This document shows, one piece after another, positions 46,511 through 57,071 of a stretch of 64,000 bases of DNA. The notes below the pieces were generated by a model that saw only the letters and a list, made by a program, of their open reading frames with translations, made no database searches and was not told the origin of the DNA. Each line of letters starts with the position of its first letter. The first letter of the stretch is position 1. Source of the stretch: an uncultured bacterium (GTDB lineage Bacteria > Verrucomicrobiota > Verrucomicrobiia > Verrucomicrobiales > DEV007); the NCBI GenBank assembly GCA_963977015.1, contig CAXBMO010000005.1, positions 32,001 through 96,000 on the forward strand. Reading direction: 5' to 3'. The position numbers were made by a program, and so were the translations under genes.

Positions 46511-48097
46511 CTACTTTTTCGGAGTCGTCCAAAATTTGGGCGCAGTGGCAAACGCTTTCCATTTTTCGACAATCCCATCGCGGAGCAACGTTCGTTCCCG
46601 GGATTGCCAACCGCGAAACGCAATGGCCACCATGTGAGTCGGTGACGCTTCGTCTTGACCGGCGAGTTCCTCGAGATGCGCCGAGGCATTTGCAACGTCG
46701 TTGAGTTTGCCCAGGTGATCCTGGAGACGTCGTGCGGCTTTGCCGTAAGACTTTGCAGGTTTGCCGGGGAAGCAGGATTGAAAAAAGTCCACGGTGTAGC
46801 GCTGCTTCTTGATTGCCAGCCTGAGTTTGTGCCACTCTTCATCGGTCGCCAAATCCAAACTTCCCGCTTGTTCCATCACTCCCTGGTGGGCTTTTTCAAG
46901 GATGGTTGCGGCCATGGATCGAACAGGCCGATTCAACGCTTTGAGCTCTTTTTTCGACATCTCCCCTCGCCATCCCTGCTTCACGATCCACAAATTCAGC
47001 TCAATGATGGTCGCGCCATATTCGCGGGAAAGAATCGCGTTCCGCAATTTTCGATACGCATACCCCCGTTTGCGGTTGGCCACTTTCTGGAGATCGGAAA
47101 AGAGCTTCTCTTCCGGAAACTCGCTCAGCATCGGGCGAAGCCGTTCCTCAACGAAAACATCCCAGTCACGCGCCACGCCCAGTGGAACACCAATGACGTC
47201 CAATCGTTCTTTAAACGGAGCCGTAATCCGTTTGGGAATAGCGATCGAGAAAACGCTGAAGAGCGATTTGAGCCGTCTCAATCCAATGCGCATCTGATGG
47301 ACGGCATCGATATTGCGACCTTCCAGGATGGCGGCTTCATTCCCGCGAATCAGCTCGAGACAGTTGGTTAGAATGGCGAGGAACGCCTCTTCAACCGGGA
47401 TCTTGGCCCGGAATTTCAACGGTGTGATTTTCTGCGGTTCTGGCTCACGATGATTGAGTAGCCGATACCCCACATCCGCTTTTCGCGGACTGCCCAGCCG
47501 AACTGGAACCTGCTTCGCAAGCTGACTCGCTACCTCGTAAAGTGTCTCCGGACGTCCACGCTTGAGTTCCAGTTCGATCTGACAAAGTGCAGTCACTTTT
47601 CCTCCGGCACTGACCTCTCCTTCATCGACAACCATCTCCACCAGGTCTCCCTGAATCTCGAGATCGTGGAGGGTTCGTGAAATCTTTGTCTCAAACACCG
47701 GCTGCAGCTTTTTCTGGATCTTCGATTTGTGGACCGGCAGTTTGCCATGGCCGTTTTGCGCGGGAAGGAGGTCCAAATTCAATTCGGCATCGTCGACCTC
47801 GGCGTCATACTCCATTCGCTCATACACGCCCAACGCATCGCCCGGCTGTTCGGCGACCTTCATCGTCTGGATCCAACGATCGCCCTCCCTGCGGATTCGC
47901 AGTTCCACGTCCTCTTCGTTCAAGGCGCAATCCGGCGTATCAAAATAGCGCGATGCCAATTCGCAATGCTCGGGCTCATACCGGAGATGCTCAGCAACAT
48001 AAGACAATCCCAGAATCTTGGCGATATCCTCGCTGCGGCAGGTCAATTTCAATTCCGTTTCCTTGCTTCCTTCTGCCTGATTTTTCTTTTGTGTCAC
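46511..48097 (-). CDS. CYTH + CHAD domain protein (inorganic triphosphatase-like)
   Basis: ETELK, YFDTP, LRIR, IELELK, then CHAD motifs HQMRIGLRRL, RDWDV, HKLR...KKQRY, LQDHLG..ND. Confidence 0.9.
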   Translation of the reverse strand: MTQKKNQAEGSKETELKLTCRSEDIAKILGLSYVAEHLRYEPEHCELASRYFDTPDCALNEEDVELRIRREGDRWIQTMKVAEQPGDALGVYERMEYDAEVDDAELNLDLLPAQNGHGKLPVHKSKIQKKLQPVFETKISRTLHDLEIQGDLVEMVVDEGEVSAGGKVTALCQIELELKRGRPETLYEVASQLAKQVPVRLGSPRKADVGYRLLNHREPEPQKITPLKFRAKIPVEEAFLAILTNCLELIRGNEAAILEGRNIDAVHQMRIGLRRLKSLFSVFSIAIPKRITAPFKERLDVIGVPLGVARDWDVFVEERLRPMLSEFPEEKLFSDLQKVANRKRGYAYRKLRNAILSREYGATIIELNLWIVKQGWRGEMSKKELKALNRPVRSMAATILEKAHQGVMEQAGSLDLATDEEWHKLRLAIKKQRYTVDFFQSCFPGKPAKSYGKAARRLQDHLGKLNDVANASAHLEELAGQDEASPTHMVAIAFRGWQSRERTLLRDGIVEKWKAFATAPKFWTTPKK

Positions 48098-48186
48098 AAT
48101 CCTTGCTTAAACTAAGTTTCCCAGATTATACATTTCAATCCTTGGAGAAAGGATTGCTTTGTGACAAAACCCCACCCGCGCTTTCC

Positions 48187-51129
48187 ATGCATTTTCAGCG
48201 ACTCATTCTGATCGCCTTCTCACTACCCTCTCTGCTGATTGCGGATACCTACACACCTCGGAACACTCAGGCGGAGGGTGAGCATCCACCGACACCCACA
48301 GAGGCTCTCGCTTCCATCACGGTTCCCGACGGATTCGAGGTCACTCTATTTGCAGGCGAACCCGATGTCCATCAGCCCGTCGCGATGGTGACCGATCATC
48401 GGGGGCGCATCTGGGTGGCTGAAAGCTATTCCTACAATGAATGGAAGAAGACCGCCGAAGATCGCATTGTCATTCTCGAAGATACCGACAACGACGGAAT
48501 TCATGACACGCGGAAAGTGTTCTGGACCGGCGGAAACCACGTCAGTGGCATGAATGTGGGTTGGGGCGGCGTTTGGATCTGTAGCGCTCCAAACCTGCTT
48601 TTCATTCCGGATCGAGATGGAGACGATATTCCCGATGGAGATCCCGAAGTCGTGCTCGACGGCTGGACGACCGAGGCCCTACACAACTTCTTCAACGGGC
48701 TGACCTGGGGAATCGATGGTTGGCTCTACGGGCGGCACGGCATCACCCGGCCTTCGCTGGTCGGAAAACCCGGCGCTCCGGATTCAGAGCGGCAGGCGTT
48801 CGATTGCTCAATCTGGCGCTTTCATCCCGTCACCAGGGAGTTTGAAATCGTTTGCCGGGGCACAACCAACCCCTGGGGCATGGACTGGGATGCCAATGGC
48901 GAGCTGTTTTTCACGAACAACGTGAACGGTCACCTGTGGCACGCGGTCCCGGGCGCGCTGTTTCCCAGAATGGGCAACCGTCCGGACGCCAATGTGAAGT
49001 TCGACTACGAGCGAATGCCAATGACCGCAGATCATCTTCATCATGCGGGGACGATCGCGGATTGGACGAAGACCCGGGACGGAGTCGGAGTCCACGGCGA
49101 CCTTGGCGGTGGCCACTCCCATTGCGGTGGAATGATCTATCTCGGAAACAATTGGCCCGATGAATACCGGGGACGCATTTTCATGTGCAACACCCACGGT
49201 CGCCGAATGAACCAGAATATTCTGGAACGCCACGGCTCTGCTTACGTCGGCAAACGGGCTCCCGATCTCTTTTTTGCCAACCAACCCTGGTTTCGCGGGG
49301 TTTCGGTTCTCTACGGACCTGATGGGGGCGTTTTCATCAGTGACTGGACCGATCTGGGTGAGTGCCACGACCGCGATGGGGTTCATCGCAGCAGCGGGCG
49401 CATTTTCAAAATGACCTACGGGAAGCCCGCCCTTTCCCGAGAATCGCTGGCGATGCTCCAAGGTTCGGACGAGATGCTGGTCCAACTGCATTTGCACGAG
49501 AACGAGTGGTTCCCGCGTAAGGCGCGTCGACTGCTTCAAGAGCGGAAATTCCTCGACGGCAAGAATGTCGCTGAAGCGATCGATGCGCTTCGAAAACTCG
49601 CCAACTCCAACCAGCGTTCGCAGATTCGAATTCGGGCATTGCTGACTTTGCATGCACTGGATGCGGTTCCCGATGCCACGATTCGCGCCCTGCTCAAGGA
49701 AGACGACGAGCACCTGAGAAAGTGGGCGGTTCGACTCGTTGTCGATCACGGAGCCCCCCGACCGGAACTGCGAAAGCTGCTCCTTCAGTCCGCGAAAACC
49801 GAGAAATCGAGCCTGGTTCGGCTCTATTTGGCCTCGTCCTTGCAACGGCTGCCTGAAGAGGAACGCTGGGAGCTGGCCCAAGCTCTCGCGGCACACTCGG
49901 AGGATGCGGATGATCGCTACCTCCCGTTGATGGTCTGGTTTGGCGTCAAAGACGCCCTTGCCGCCTCACCATCCGATCATTTGGCCTGGCTGGATTCGTG
50001 CAGCATCCCAAAGCTTCACCAATTCACCGCGCAACTGGCCTGCGAAACCCAGCCTTCCAAACTGATGCTCGCGGCCCTGCTCGATCGAATCCTGAACGAC
50101 GAGCAACACGCGACCGCGCTGGCTCGGGGTATGGTCGCCGGCCTTGATGGCCAACGGAACCTGCCGGCCTTGGAGAGTTGGCCCGCAGTTCGGGATCGCC
50201 TCGCCAGCTCGCCGTCGCCAGGACTGGCGATCGAGCTCGGTTTGACGCTCGCCCCGGTCGAGACCAATCGAGAGCTGATAAAACGCGTGCAAAGCGGCGA
50301 CGCGAAAGCCCTGAAGCGCCTGTTCACGGCGCGAGCGCCGGGAGTTGGCGAGCTTCTGTCGAATTCGCTCGATTCGCCAAAGCTCCGCCAAACGGCATTG
50401 CAGGGGCTGGCTCAGGTCCCCAACGCGAATGCTCCAGATAAAATCATCAAACTTTGGCCGATCCTGGATTCCGCGGAAAAATCCGCGGCCGTAGCCACAT
50501 TGGTCGCCACCAAACGCAGCGCCGCCGAGTTGCTCGACGCCATGGAGGCGGGACGGATCCCGAGATCCGCCCTGACCGCGTTTCAAGCCCGGCAGATCCA
50601 AGCGTTGAAGGACGCGGAATTGACGAAACGCGTCACCCGGATATGGGGGAGACTCAATGCCTCCAACGCCGCCAAAAAAGCGGAGATCAAACGCTATCAG
50701 AATCAACTGACCAGCGACGTCCTCGCTCAGGCCGACCTTGCCCATGGAAAAGAACTCTACAGCCTCCGCTGTGCGGTCTGTCACTCGTTGTTCGGCGAAG
50801 GCGGAACCATCGGCCCCAACCTCACCGGCGCAAATCGCAGTGACGTTTACTACCTGTTGGAGAACATCATCGATCCCAGCGCGTCCCTTCCCCTCGACTA
50901 CCATGTCACCGTCATCAGCATGAAGGACGGACAGGTATTGACGGGAAATCTGACGAAATCGACGGACTACACCGTTACGCTCACATCACCGGCAGGCGAA
51001 GTCGTCATCAACCGCGATGACATTGAGAAACAGTCCACTTCGCAGATTTCCCTGATGCCCGATGGCCTTCTTATCGGATTGGAGGTGAAGGATGTTCGTG
51101 ATCTTCTCGGTTATTTGATGAAGGAATGA
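48187..51129 (+). CDS. PVC-type heme-binding CxxCH protein
   Basis: FAGEPD..QPVAM..D.RGRIWVAE, WGIDGWLYG.HG, TNPWG, GPDG.V...DW.D, HEAT region, CAVCH..FGEG..IGPNLTG, SLMP. Start placed at MHFQR. Confidence 0.9.
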   Translation: MHFQRLILIAFSLPSLLIADTYTPRNTQAEGEHPPTPTEALASITVPDGFEVTLFAGEPDVHQPVAMVTDHRGRIWVAESYSYNEWKKTAEDRIVILEDTDNDGIHDTRKVFWTGGNHVSGMNVGWGGVWICSAPNLLFIPDRDGDDIPDGDPEVVLDGWTTEALHNFFNGLTWGIDGWLYGRHGITRPSLVGKPGAPDSERQAFDCSIWRFHPVTREFEIVCRGTTNPWGMDWDANGELFFTNNVNGHLWHAVPGALFPRMGNRPDANVKFDYERMPMTADHLHHAGTIADWTKTRDGVGVHGDLGGGHSHCGGMIYLGNNWPDEYRGRIFMCNTHGRRMNQNILERHGSAYVGKRAPDLFFANQPWFRGVSVLYGPDGGVFISDWTDLGECHDRDGVHRSSGRIFKMTYGKPALSRESLAMLQGSDEMLVQLHLHENEWFPRKARRLLQERKFLDGKNVAEAIDALRKLANSNQRSQIRIRALLTLHALDAVPDATIRALLKEDDEHLRKWAVRLVVDHGAPRPELRKLLLQSAKTEKSSLVRLYLASSLQRLPEEERWELAQALAAHSEDADDRYLPLMVWFGVKDALAASPSDHLAWLDSCSIPKLHQFTAQLACETQPSKLMLAALLDRILNDEQHATALARGMVAGLDGQRNLPALESWPAVRDRLASSPSPGLAIELGLTLAPVETNRELIKRVQSGDAKALKRLFTARAPGVGELLSNSLDSPKLRQTALQGLAQVPNANAPDKIIKLWPILDSAEKSAAVATLVATKRSAAELLDAMEAGRIPRSALTAFQARQIQALKDAELTKRVTRIWGRLNASNAAKKAEIKRYQNQLTSDVLAQADLAHGKELYSLRCAVCHSLFGEGGTIGPNLTGANRSDVYYLLENIIDPSASLPLDYHVTVISMKDGQVLTGNLTKSTDYTVTLTSPAGEVVINRDDIEKQSTSQISLMPDGLLIGLEVKDVRDLLGYLMKE

Positions 51130-51216
51130 ACGGGAATACCCCTGGAATTTGCTGACACAGGAAGCCCAGCAAATTCCCTTGCGAAAGTCCATATCCAGCG
51201 TCCCTTTAGCGGGCTC

Positions 51217-52818
51217 ATGGACACGTATAAAATTCTTGTCGCGGACCCGATCTCGGAGAAGGGAATCGAAGATCTGAAAGCAGATCCACAGCTCGAAGTG
51301 GACGTCAAAATTGGCCTCAGCGAGGACGAATTGGTCGAGATCGCGGGCGAATACTCCGGAATCGTGGTGCGAAGCCAGACCAAGATCACGCCGCGGGTCT
51401 TTGAATCGGCGAAAAAACTGAAAGCTGTGGGACGCGCCGGGGTTGGGGTCGACAATATCGATATTCCGACCGCTTCGCAGAACGGGGTCATTGTGATGAA
51501 CACCCCGGGCGGGAACACGATTTCGACCGCGGAACACGCTTTTGCCCTGATGATGAGCCTTGCCCGCCACATTCCGCACGGCCACGCCGGAGTCGTCGCC
51601 GGCAAGTTCAAGGAGTCGCGCAAGAAGTATCAGGGAGTCGAGTTGAACGGAAAAACGCTCGCCATTCTCGGCATGGGCCGAATCGGTGGCGAATTCGCGA
51701 TGCGAGCCCGCGCCTTCAACATGCACGTCGTAGCCTACGACCCATATCTCGCCGGCAGCAAAGCGGAGTCCATGGGGGTGGAACTGTGCGACTCGATCGA
51801 AGACGCCATCAAAAAGGCGGACTTCATCACACTCCACATGCCGAAAACCGACGAAACGAAGCACATGATCAATGCGAAGCGACTGGCCATGATGAAGCCA
51901 GGCGTTCGCATCATCAACTGCGCACGCGGTGGATTGATCGACGAGAAAGCGCTCTTGGACGCGCTGGAAAACGGCAACGTCGCGGGTTGCGCGCTCGATG
52001 TGTTTGAGGTGGAGCCTCCCGAGCCGGATTATGCGTTGCTCAAGCGTGAGGACGTTGTTTTGACGCCACATTTGGGTGCCTCAACCGCTGAAGCCCAGGA
52101 AAATGTCGGAATTGAGATCGCCAAACAGGTGCGTGATGCAGTTGTTGATGGAACCATCGTGAACTCGGTGAACATGCCAAACATCGACGATCGCACGATC
52201 GCGGAAGTCGGCGGATACCTTGAGCTTGCCGAAGCTCTCGGCGTGATCATCGCGCGGACAGCCCCCAAGCAGGCTGAAGTGCTGAAAATTCACTACAGTG
52301 GCAAAGTCGCGGATCTCGATACCCGACTGATTACCCGTTACGTGATGAAAGGATTCCTTCGCGTTGGCTCGGAAGGGCTCGGCGTGAATCACATCAATGC
52401 ACCGACGTTTGCCGAAAGCCGCGGCATCCAGGTCATCGAATCGAAACTGCCCCGGCCAATCGACTATACCGATTTGATTGAGGTGTATGCCGAGAAGGAA
52501 GACCAAAGTGTCTGCTCTGCGGGAACGCTCTTCGGAAAAGAGCCTAGGATCGTTCGGTTGCATGAGCGAAAAGTGAATGTCGTTCCCCGCGGCCATCTGC
52601 TGTTGCTCGAAAACAGTGATTACCCGGGAATCGTCGGGGGTGTTGGAACGGTTTTGGCGAAAAACAACGTCAACATCGCCAACATGTCGCTGGGCCGAAA
52701 CGAAGCAGGCGGAACTGCTCTCATGGTGCTCAATCTCGATTCGGCCCCGGACTCTTCGCTTCGCTCAGAGTTGATGGAACTGGAAGGCATCCTCGATGCC
52801 CGGCTCATTTCGCTTTGA
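51217..52818 (+). CDS. serA: D-3-phosphoglycerate dehydrogenase (long form with ASB/ACT domains)
   Basis: VRSQT, RAGVGVDN, NTPGGNT, GMGRIG, NCARGG, TPHLGAST and a C-terminal ACT domain. Confidence 0.96.
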   Translation: MDTYKILVADPISEKGIEDLKADPQLEVDVKIGLSEDELVEIAGEYSGIVVRSQTKITPRVFESAKKLKAVGRAGVGVDNIDIPTASQNGVIVMNTPGGNTISTAEHAFALMMSLARHIPHGHAGVVAGKFKESRKKYQGVELNGKTLAILGMGRIGGEFAMRARAFNMHVVAYDPYLAGSKAESMGVELCDSIEDAIKKADFITLHMPKTDETKHMINAKRLAMMKPGVRIINCARGGLIDEKALLDALENGNVAGCALDVFEVEPPEPDYALLKREDVVLTPHLGASTAEAQENVGIEIAKQVRDAVVDGTIVNSVNMPNIDDRTIAEVGGYLELAEALGVIIARTAPKQAEVLKIHYSGKVADLDTRLITRYVMKGFLRVGSEGLGVNHINAPTFAESRGIQVIESKLPRPIDYTDLIEVYAEKEDQSVCSAGTLFGKEPRIVRLHERKVNVVPRGHLLLLENSDYPGIVGGVGTVLAKNNVNIANMSLGRNEAGGTALMVLNLDSAPDSSLRSELMELEGILDARLISL

Positions 52819-52954
52819 GAACGGCCGGTCAATCCCCGGTTGAAACGACATCCTATTTCCAAACTTAAGAAGAAAGAGGTTCAACTTTCTACCAAAGATG
52901 TTGTAAAGTTGGCGGAAAATCCCACCTCAGCTCGGGGTTGGCTTTCCTCTCCAG

Positions 52955-54058
52955 ATGACAGTTCACCTTCCCTACGTAGGACTTCGGCCCTACGAAAAAT
53001 CCGAAGGCTCCTACTTTTGTGGGCGCCGTGGGGAGGTGTCGGTGCTTCTCGATGCGTATCTGGAACAAGCCGCCGAAAAAGGGAAGCTCCTCATTATCTA
53101 TGGACCGAGCGCGGTGGGAAAAACCTCGATGGTACAGGCCGGGTTGTGGCCCATTGTTCGCCTTGAAAAGGACGTGGCCAGGTTTGAACGCATTGTTCCG
53201 ACTTTTGAAGATGATCTGGCTTCCTTCTCCCAAAGAGTCCGCGCAATTGTCGGGCGGATGTCGGGAGGTGCGAGCGCGGAACGCACCTTGGTCTTCATTG
53301 ACGAAATCGACCAGGTTTTCGGTTACCCATTGAATGGTGAGTTGGAGGACGAAACCCGGCTTGTTCTGGTCAAGCTGCTCGAGTTTCTGGTCGAAGCCTC
53401 GAAACGTGGCATTGCGAGAATCCTCATTGGAGTCAGCGAACCCTGGTCCCGATTTCTCGAAGACGCCCCCACAAGTCAGCAATTTTTGGCGAATGCGCTC
53501 GATTTTTTCCGGCTCAATCACATGAGCACGTCGGGTATGGAAGAATTTCTTCGGCTCCCGGTCGCTCGTTGGAAAAAAGCTCCGAAAGATGCGGTTGGAG
53601 TCGTTGACCAAACTTTTTTCTACGACTTCTACGGCGAGATTTCGGCCAACCCGGCTTCGCTGCCTTTGGCCAACTACACCTTGGAACGCATTCTCGAAAC
53701 GGGAGACAAGACCAAGGCTTTCGACTATGTCGCCTACCGGGAAATGGGCGGGTTGCTGGGCGCAATGTTACAATATATTGAAGAGGTCTACTACAGTTGG
53801 CCGGAGGAATTGCAGGCTAAATTGCCCATTTTTCTGGAGCTCTTTCGCGCGGCCAGCACCGAAAATTCGGAACATGATGTCCGGTGTGCGCAGGTCAATC
53901 CGCTTGTTGCGGACCCCGATGCTCGGGAGGTATTTGGGAATCTTCTGCATGCCCGGATCCTTTGTTTGAAGGGCGATCGTTGGAACAACGCGGAAGCTCA
54001 GCTCGCCCATGATCGCCTGTTTGAGAAATGGCCGAGATCGACCGTGGGTGCCTACTGA
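52955..54058 (+). CDS. Stand-alone nSTAND1-like P-loop NTPase
   Basis: PYVGLRPY.....FCGR, Walker A GPSAVGKTS..QAGL, Walker B LVFIDEID, LPL....L, Y..MGG..GA, LAHDRL...WPR. Confidence 0.8.
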   Translation: MTVHLPYVGLRPYEKSEGSYFCGRRGEVSVLLDAYLEQAAEKGKLLIIYGPSAVGKTSMVQAGLWPIVRLEKDVARFERIVPTFEDDLASFSQRVRAIVGRMSGGASAERTLVFIDEIDQVFGYPLNGELEDETRLVLVKLLEFLVEASKRGIARILIGVSEPWSRFLEDAPTSQQFLANALDFFRLNHMSTSGMEEFLRLPVARWKKAPKDAVGVVDQTFFYDFYGEISANPASLPLANYTLERILETGDKTKAFDYVAYREMGGLLGAMLQYIEEVYYSWPEELQAKLPIFLELFRAASTENSEHDVRCAQVNPLVADPDAREVFGNLLHARILCLKGDRWNNAEAQLAHDRLFEKWPRSTVGAY

Positions 54059-54071
54059 TTCCCGCTCCGTT

Positions 54072-54554
54072 TCAGCTCCCGTGCCTCTCCAGGCCCTCCT
54101 CGAAGGTCGCTCGATCCAGTCCATTCCGAACATGGACCGCAGTTACCCCCAACGCAGCGACCTCAATGATGTTCCTCTCCTCATCATCAAAGAAGATCAT
54201 CTCTTCAAAACTGATATTGGTATCCGCCTGGAGCTTTTCAAAATGCCGGATTTTGCTGCTCGGATAAATTTCCTGATGCGCAAACCACGAATCCAGGTCC
54301 CAGGCTTTCAACAACCAATCCGCCCACTCCGGTCGAGTCGTGCGAGACGCGAGAGCAAGTCGACAATCGGCATCCTGCAGCTCATCCAACAATTCTCTCA
54401 CCTCTGCATATAGCAAAAACTCGTTCCCGCTCTGATCAAAGACTCGATCCTGCTCCTGTCGAAACGGCCAGTCCGTACAATCGATCCATTTCCCGCCGCA
54501 ATCCCAAAGGGTAAAGTCGAGATCGAACACCACCAATTTTGGATACACCTGCAT
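54072..54554 (-). CDS. Magnesium-dependent phosphatase-1-like HAD phosphatase (subfamily IIIC)
   Basis: VFDLDFTLW, ASRT, EIYPSSK..HF, FFDDE.RN. Confidence 0.9.
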   Translation of the reverse strand: MQVYPKLVVFDLDFTLWDCGGKWIDCTDWPFRQEQDRVFDQSGNEFLLYAEVRELLDELQDADCRLALASRTTRPEWADWLLKAWDLDSWFAHQEIYPSSKIRHFEKLQADTNISFEEMIFFDDEERNIIEVAALGVTAVHVRNGLDRATFEEGLERHGS

Positions 54555-54560
54555 TCCAGA

Positions 54561-55418
54561 CTAATCGGATCGCGAATGATAGTAGTGGGCCACCAGACGT
54601 TCACGTTCGTGTCCCGCCAGTAGCGTCCCGTCCACAAATGCCCTCGTAGCATCCTCCCGGCCCGACTCAAACAACTGGCGCGGAGTCGCGATTTCCACCA
54701 GTTCGCCCTTCTCCAAAACCGCAATGAGATCAGCAAACTGTTCCGCTCGCCGAACTCGCCCGGTGCCCATCAATACCGACATTCCCCGCTCCAACTTCAA
54801 GTCCTCCAACATATCGACCAGGTGGGCGACCGTATTACTGTCGAATTCGGCGGCTGGCTCATCCATAATCAGCAATCTGGGTTCACAGGCCAACGCCGAT
54901 GCGATCATCACCAATTGCCGGGTCTCGATATCCAGTTCCACCGGAAAACAGCGCTTCTCAATCAATGCCTCCGGATCCAGAATCCCAACTTTGTAGAGAT
55001 AGAAGATCGCGTGTGCGGCGCGATCCTTGATCTTGGGACGATTAAACCTCAGAAGAATGTCAAAATGTTGCCGGATGCTAAGCCGAGCATTAAAATTCTG
55101 GTGGGCGTTCTGTAGAATATAGGCAATTCGCGCGCCACGAATGTTCAGCAGTTTTTGATTTGAAGTGCGCAAGAGATTCTTCCCTTCAAACCAGATTTCT
55201 CCTTCAACCGATCGAACGGGGAGTTCGTGAAAAAAGCGTGTGATCGCGCGGAGAAGAAGGGATTTTCCACTGGCGGTTCTTCCCAGAATCGCAAGCGAAC
55301 TACCTCGAGCCAGGTCAAACGTGACACCATCGAGAATCTGTCGAGGCGGCTGCGAAAGTGAAGGAGGATGCAATTCAAGCCGCAGATCGTTGACGCTAAG
55401 AATGTGTTCCGAAGGCAT
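54561..55418 (-). CDS. Peptide/nickel-type ABC transporter ATP-binding protein (degenerate motifs)
   Basis: Walker A GRTASGKS, Q-loop ILQN, Walker B LLIMDEP. Signature reads LDIET and the H-loop reads TGR. Confidence 0.85.
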   Translation of the reverse strand: MPSEHILSVNDLRLELHPPSLSQPPRQILDGVTFDLARGSSLAILGRTASGKSLLLRAITRFFHELPVRSVEGEIWFEGKNLLRTSNQKLLNIRGARIAYILQNAHQNFNARLSIRQHFDILLRFNRPKIKDRAAHAIFYLYKVGILDPEALIEKRCFPVELDIETRQLVMIASALACEPRLLIMDEPAAEFDSNTVAHLVDMLEDLKLERGMSVLMGTGRVRRAEQFADLIAVLEKGELVEIATPRQLFESGREDATRAFVDGTLLAGHERERLVAHYYHSRSD

Positions 55419-55423
55419 GATCT

Positions 55424-56197
55424 TTAATTCGGGCGGGATTTCGGCAGGGACAGCAACCGATCAACAATCGGCACACAGGCATAGGCAATCAGACTTGCCA
55501 ATATAATCGCAAAGCCAGCATAAAACACCTGCCATGGATCATCGAGCATCTGATCTGCCCCCAGATGAATCAGGCTACCCCAGGTATAGCCCATCGGAAG
55601 TGGCATGAGCCCAACGGAGCTCAACATGGACTCCATCAATAAACTGTAGATGAACCCAAGAAAGAAGAACGGAATCGTCAAGGGGAGAAACTTCGGCCAG
55701 GCATATTCGATAAACACGCCAATGGGACTGTGGCCCAGAATCTTCGCCTGCATGAATTGAAACTCTTCCTTCGCTTCAGACACCCGCGTCAGCAACTGTC
55801 TTCCGATCAAGGGATAGATCGACAATGCGAGAACAAAGACGAGAAATACCGGATGGCTTTCTTCCCGGGTTCCGTAAACGACCAGCAATAGAACCAAGGG
55901 CGAAATACAGGCCAAAGTCTGCAACAACTGTCGCAAGACGAACTTGGTCCAAGCCCCAAAGTAAAGAATGCTGAATGCGGTGACGATGGCCAGGAAGTAG
56001 GTGATGAAGGCAGCCACCAAACTGGTGCCAATGGTAGGAGCAATGGCGGTTGTCACCTCATCCCGCGCGGCCTGTTTTGCCGCTGCGACCTGAGCATCCT
56101 GAGGGCTCATTTCAACCTGACCGGAGTCTTGGGCAGATCCCTGAGTCCAGGCCCCCAATACCAAAACCAGCCAAATGATGTAGTAGAATTTCCTCAT
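55424..56197 (-). CDS. ABC transporter permease (DppC-like, divergent)
   Basis: Multiple TMs, EAA-like FMQAKILG, ESMLSSVGL..TWGSLI. Start placed at MRKFYY. Confidence 0.78.
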   Translation of the reverse strand: MRKFYYIIWLVLVLGAWTQGSAQDSGQVEMSPQDAQVAAAKQAARDEVTTAIAPTIGTSLVAAFITYFLAIVTAFSILYFGAWTKFVLRQLLQTLACISPLVLLLVVYGTREESHPVFLVFVLALSIYPLIGRQLLTRVSEAKEEFQFMQAKILGHSPIGVFIEYAWPKFLPLTIPFFFLGFIYSLLMESMLSSVGLMPLPMGYTWGSLIHLGADQMLDDPWQVFYAGFAIILASLIAYACVPIVDRLLSLPKSRPN

Positions 56198-56198
56198 T

Positions 56199-57071
56199 CT
56201 AATCCATTTCAGGAGCTGAAGGGTGACGCTCATCGATAAACTCGACAATAATATCGACCAACATGTTGGCCGCCAACAACGCAATGGAAATCCAGAGGCT
56301 GAGAACAGCCAGACGCTGAAGATCACTCTGCTCGGCAGCTTCATAAACCGCGTAGCCGAACCCCGGCACAAAGAAGGCGGTTTCAATCACAATGAGCACA
56401 CTGAGAAACAAGGAGAACAGGAAGGGAAACGATCTGAGCAGGGGCCTCCAAATCACCGTCGTCATTACGGTATCAAAGATCATCCGCTGGGTAATTCCCA
56501 ACGATCGAGCCGATCTCAATGAACCTGGCGAAAAGGCATTGGTCAGCGTCTGCGAAACTTGCCGGGCCACAAAGGCGATTCCCGACAACGAAAGCGGAAT
56601 GGCGAGAAGCAGGCATTTCCCAATGTAGATCGTGTCGATTTTTTCGATCTGCGTCGCTTCGCCACCAATGTAGATGCCCCAGTCGGCAATCGAGTAATAC
56701 AACACTACATAGGCAACCCAGAACGCAGGAATCGCGAGTGTAATACTGATGAGGGAATGCCCCAAGACCTGGGTCCAGAGCATCCGGTAACGTCCTAACA
56801 CGATGCCCAGGGGAACACCCAGCCCATAACTCAGGATCAGCGCTAATGCGAGAATCGTAACACTGTAAACCAGTGCCGGCAGGAGTGGCGTCATCCCGGT
56901 CAAGGCCGGATCACTCATCAAACGCCCACTGAACATCGCTTTGAAAAACCCCAGAAATGAGAGCGACGTGTCATAGGTGGTGTTCCCGCTCAAAATCACG
57001 AAAATCAGCACGCTCAACAGAAGCAGCTTTGCCACGCCAAGCGCGAGATTGCGACCGAAAACCTGGATCAT
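56199..57071 (-). CDS. ABC transporter permease (DppB-like, divergent)
   Basis: GVPLGI, IPAFW, ARSLG, IETAFFVPGFG. Start at MIQV overlaps the binding-protein stop. Confidence 0.82.
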   Translation of the reverse strand: MIQVFGRNLALGVAKLLLLSVLIFVILSGNTTYDTSLSFLGFFKAMFSGRLMSDPALTGMTPLLPALVYSVTILALALILSYGLGVPLGIVLGRYRMLWTQVLGHSLISITLAIPAFWVAYVVLYYSIADWGIYIGGEATQIEKIDTIYIGKCLLLAIPLSLSGIAFVARQVSQTLTNAFSPGSLRSARSLGITQRMIFDTVMTTVIWRPLLRSFPFLFSLFLSVLIVIETAFFVPGFGYAVYEAAEQSDLQRLAVLSLWISIALLAANMLVDIIVEFIDERHPSAPEMD

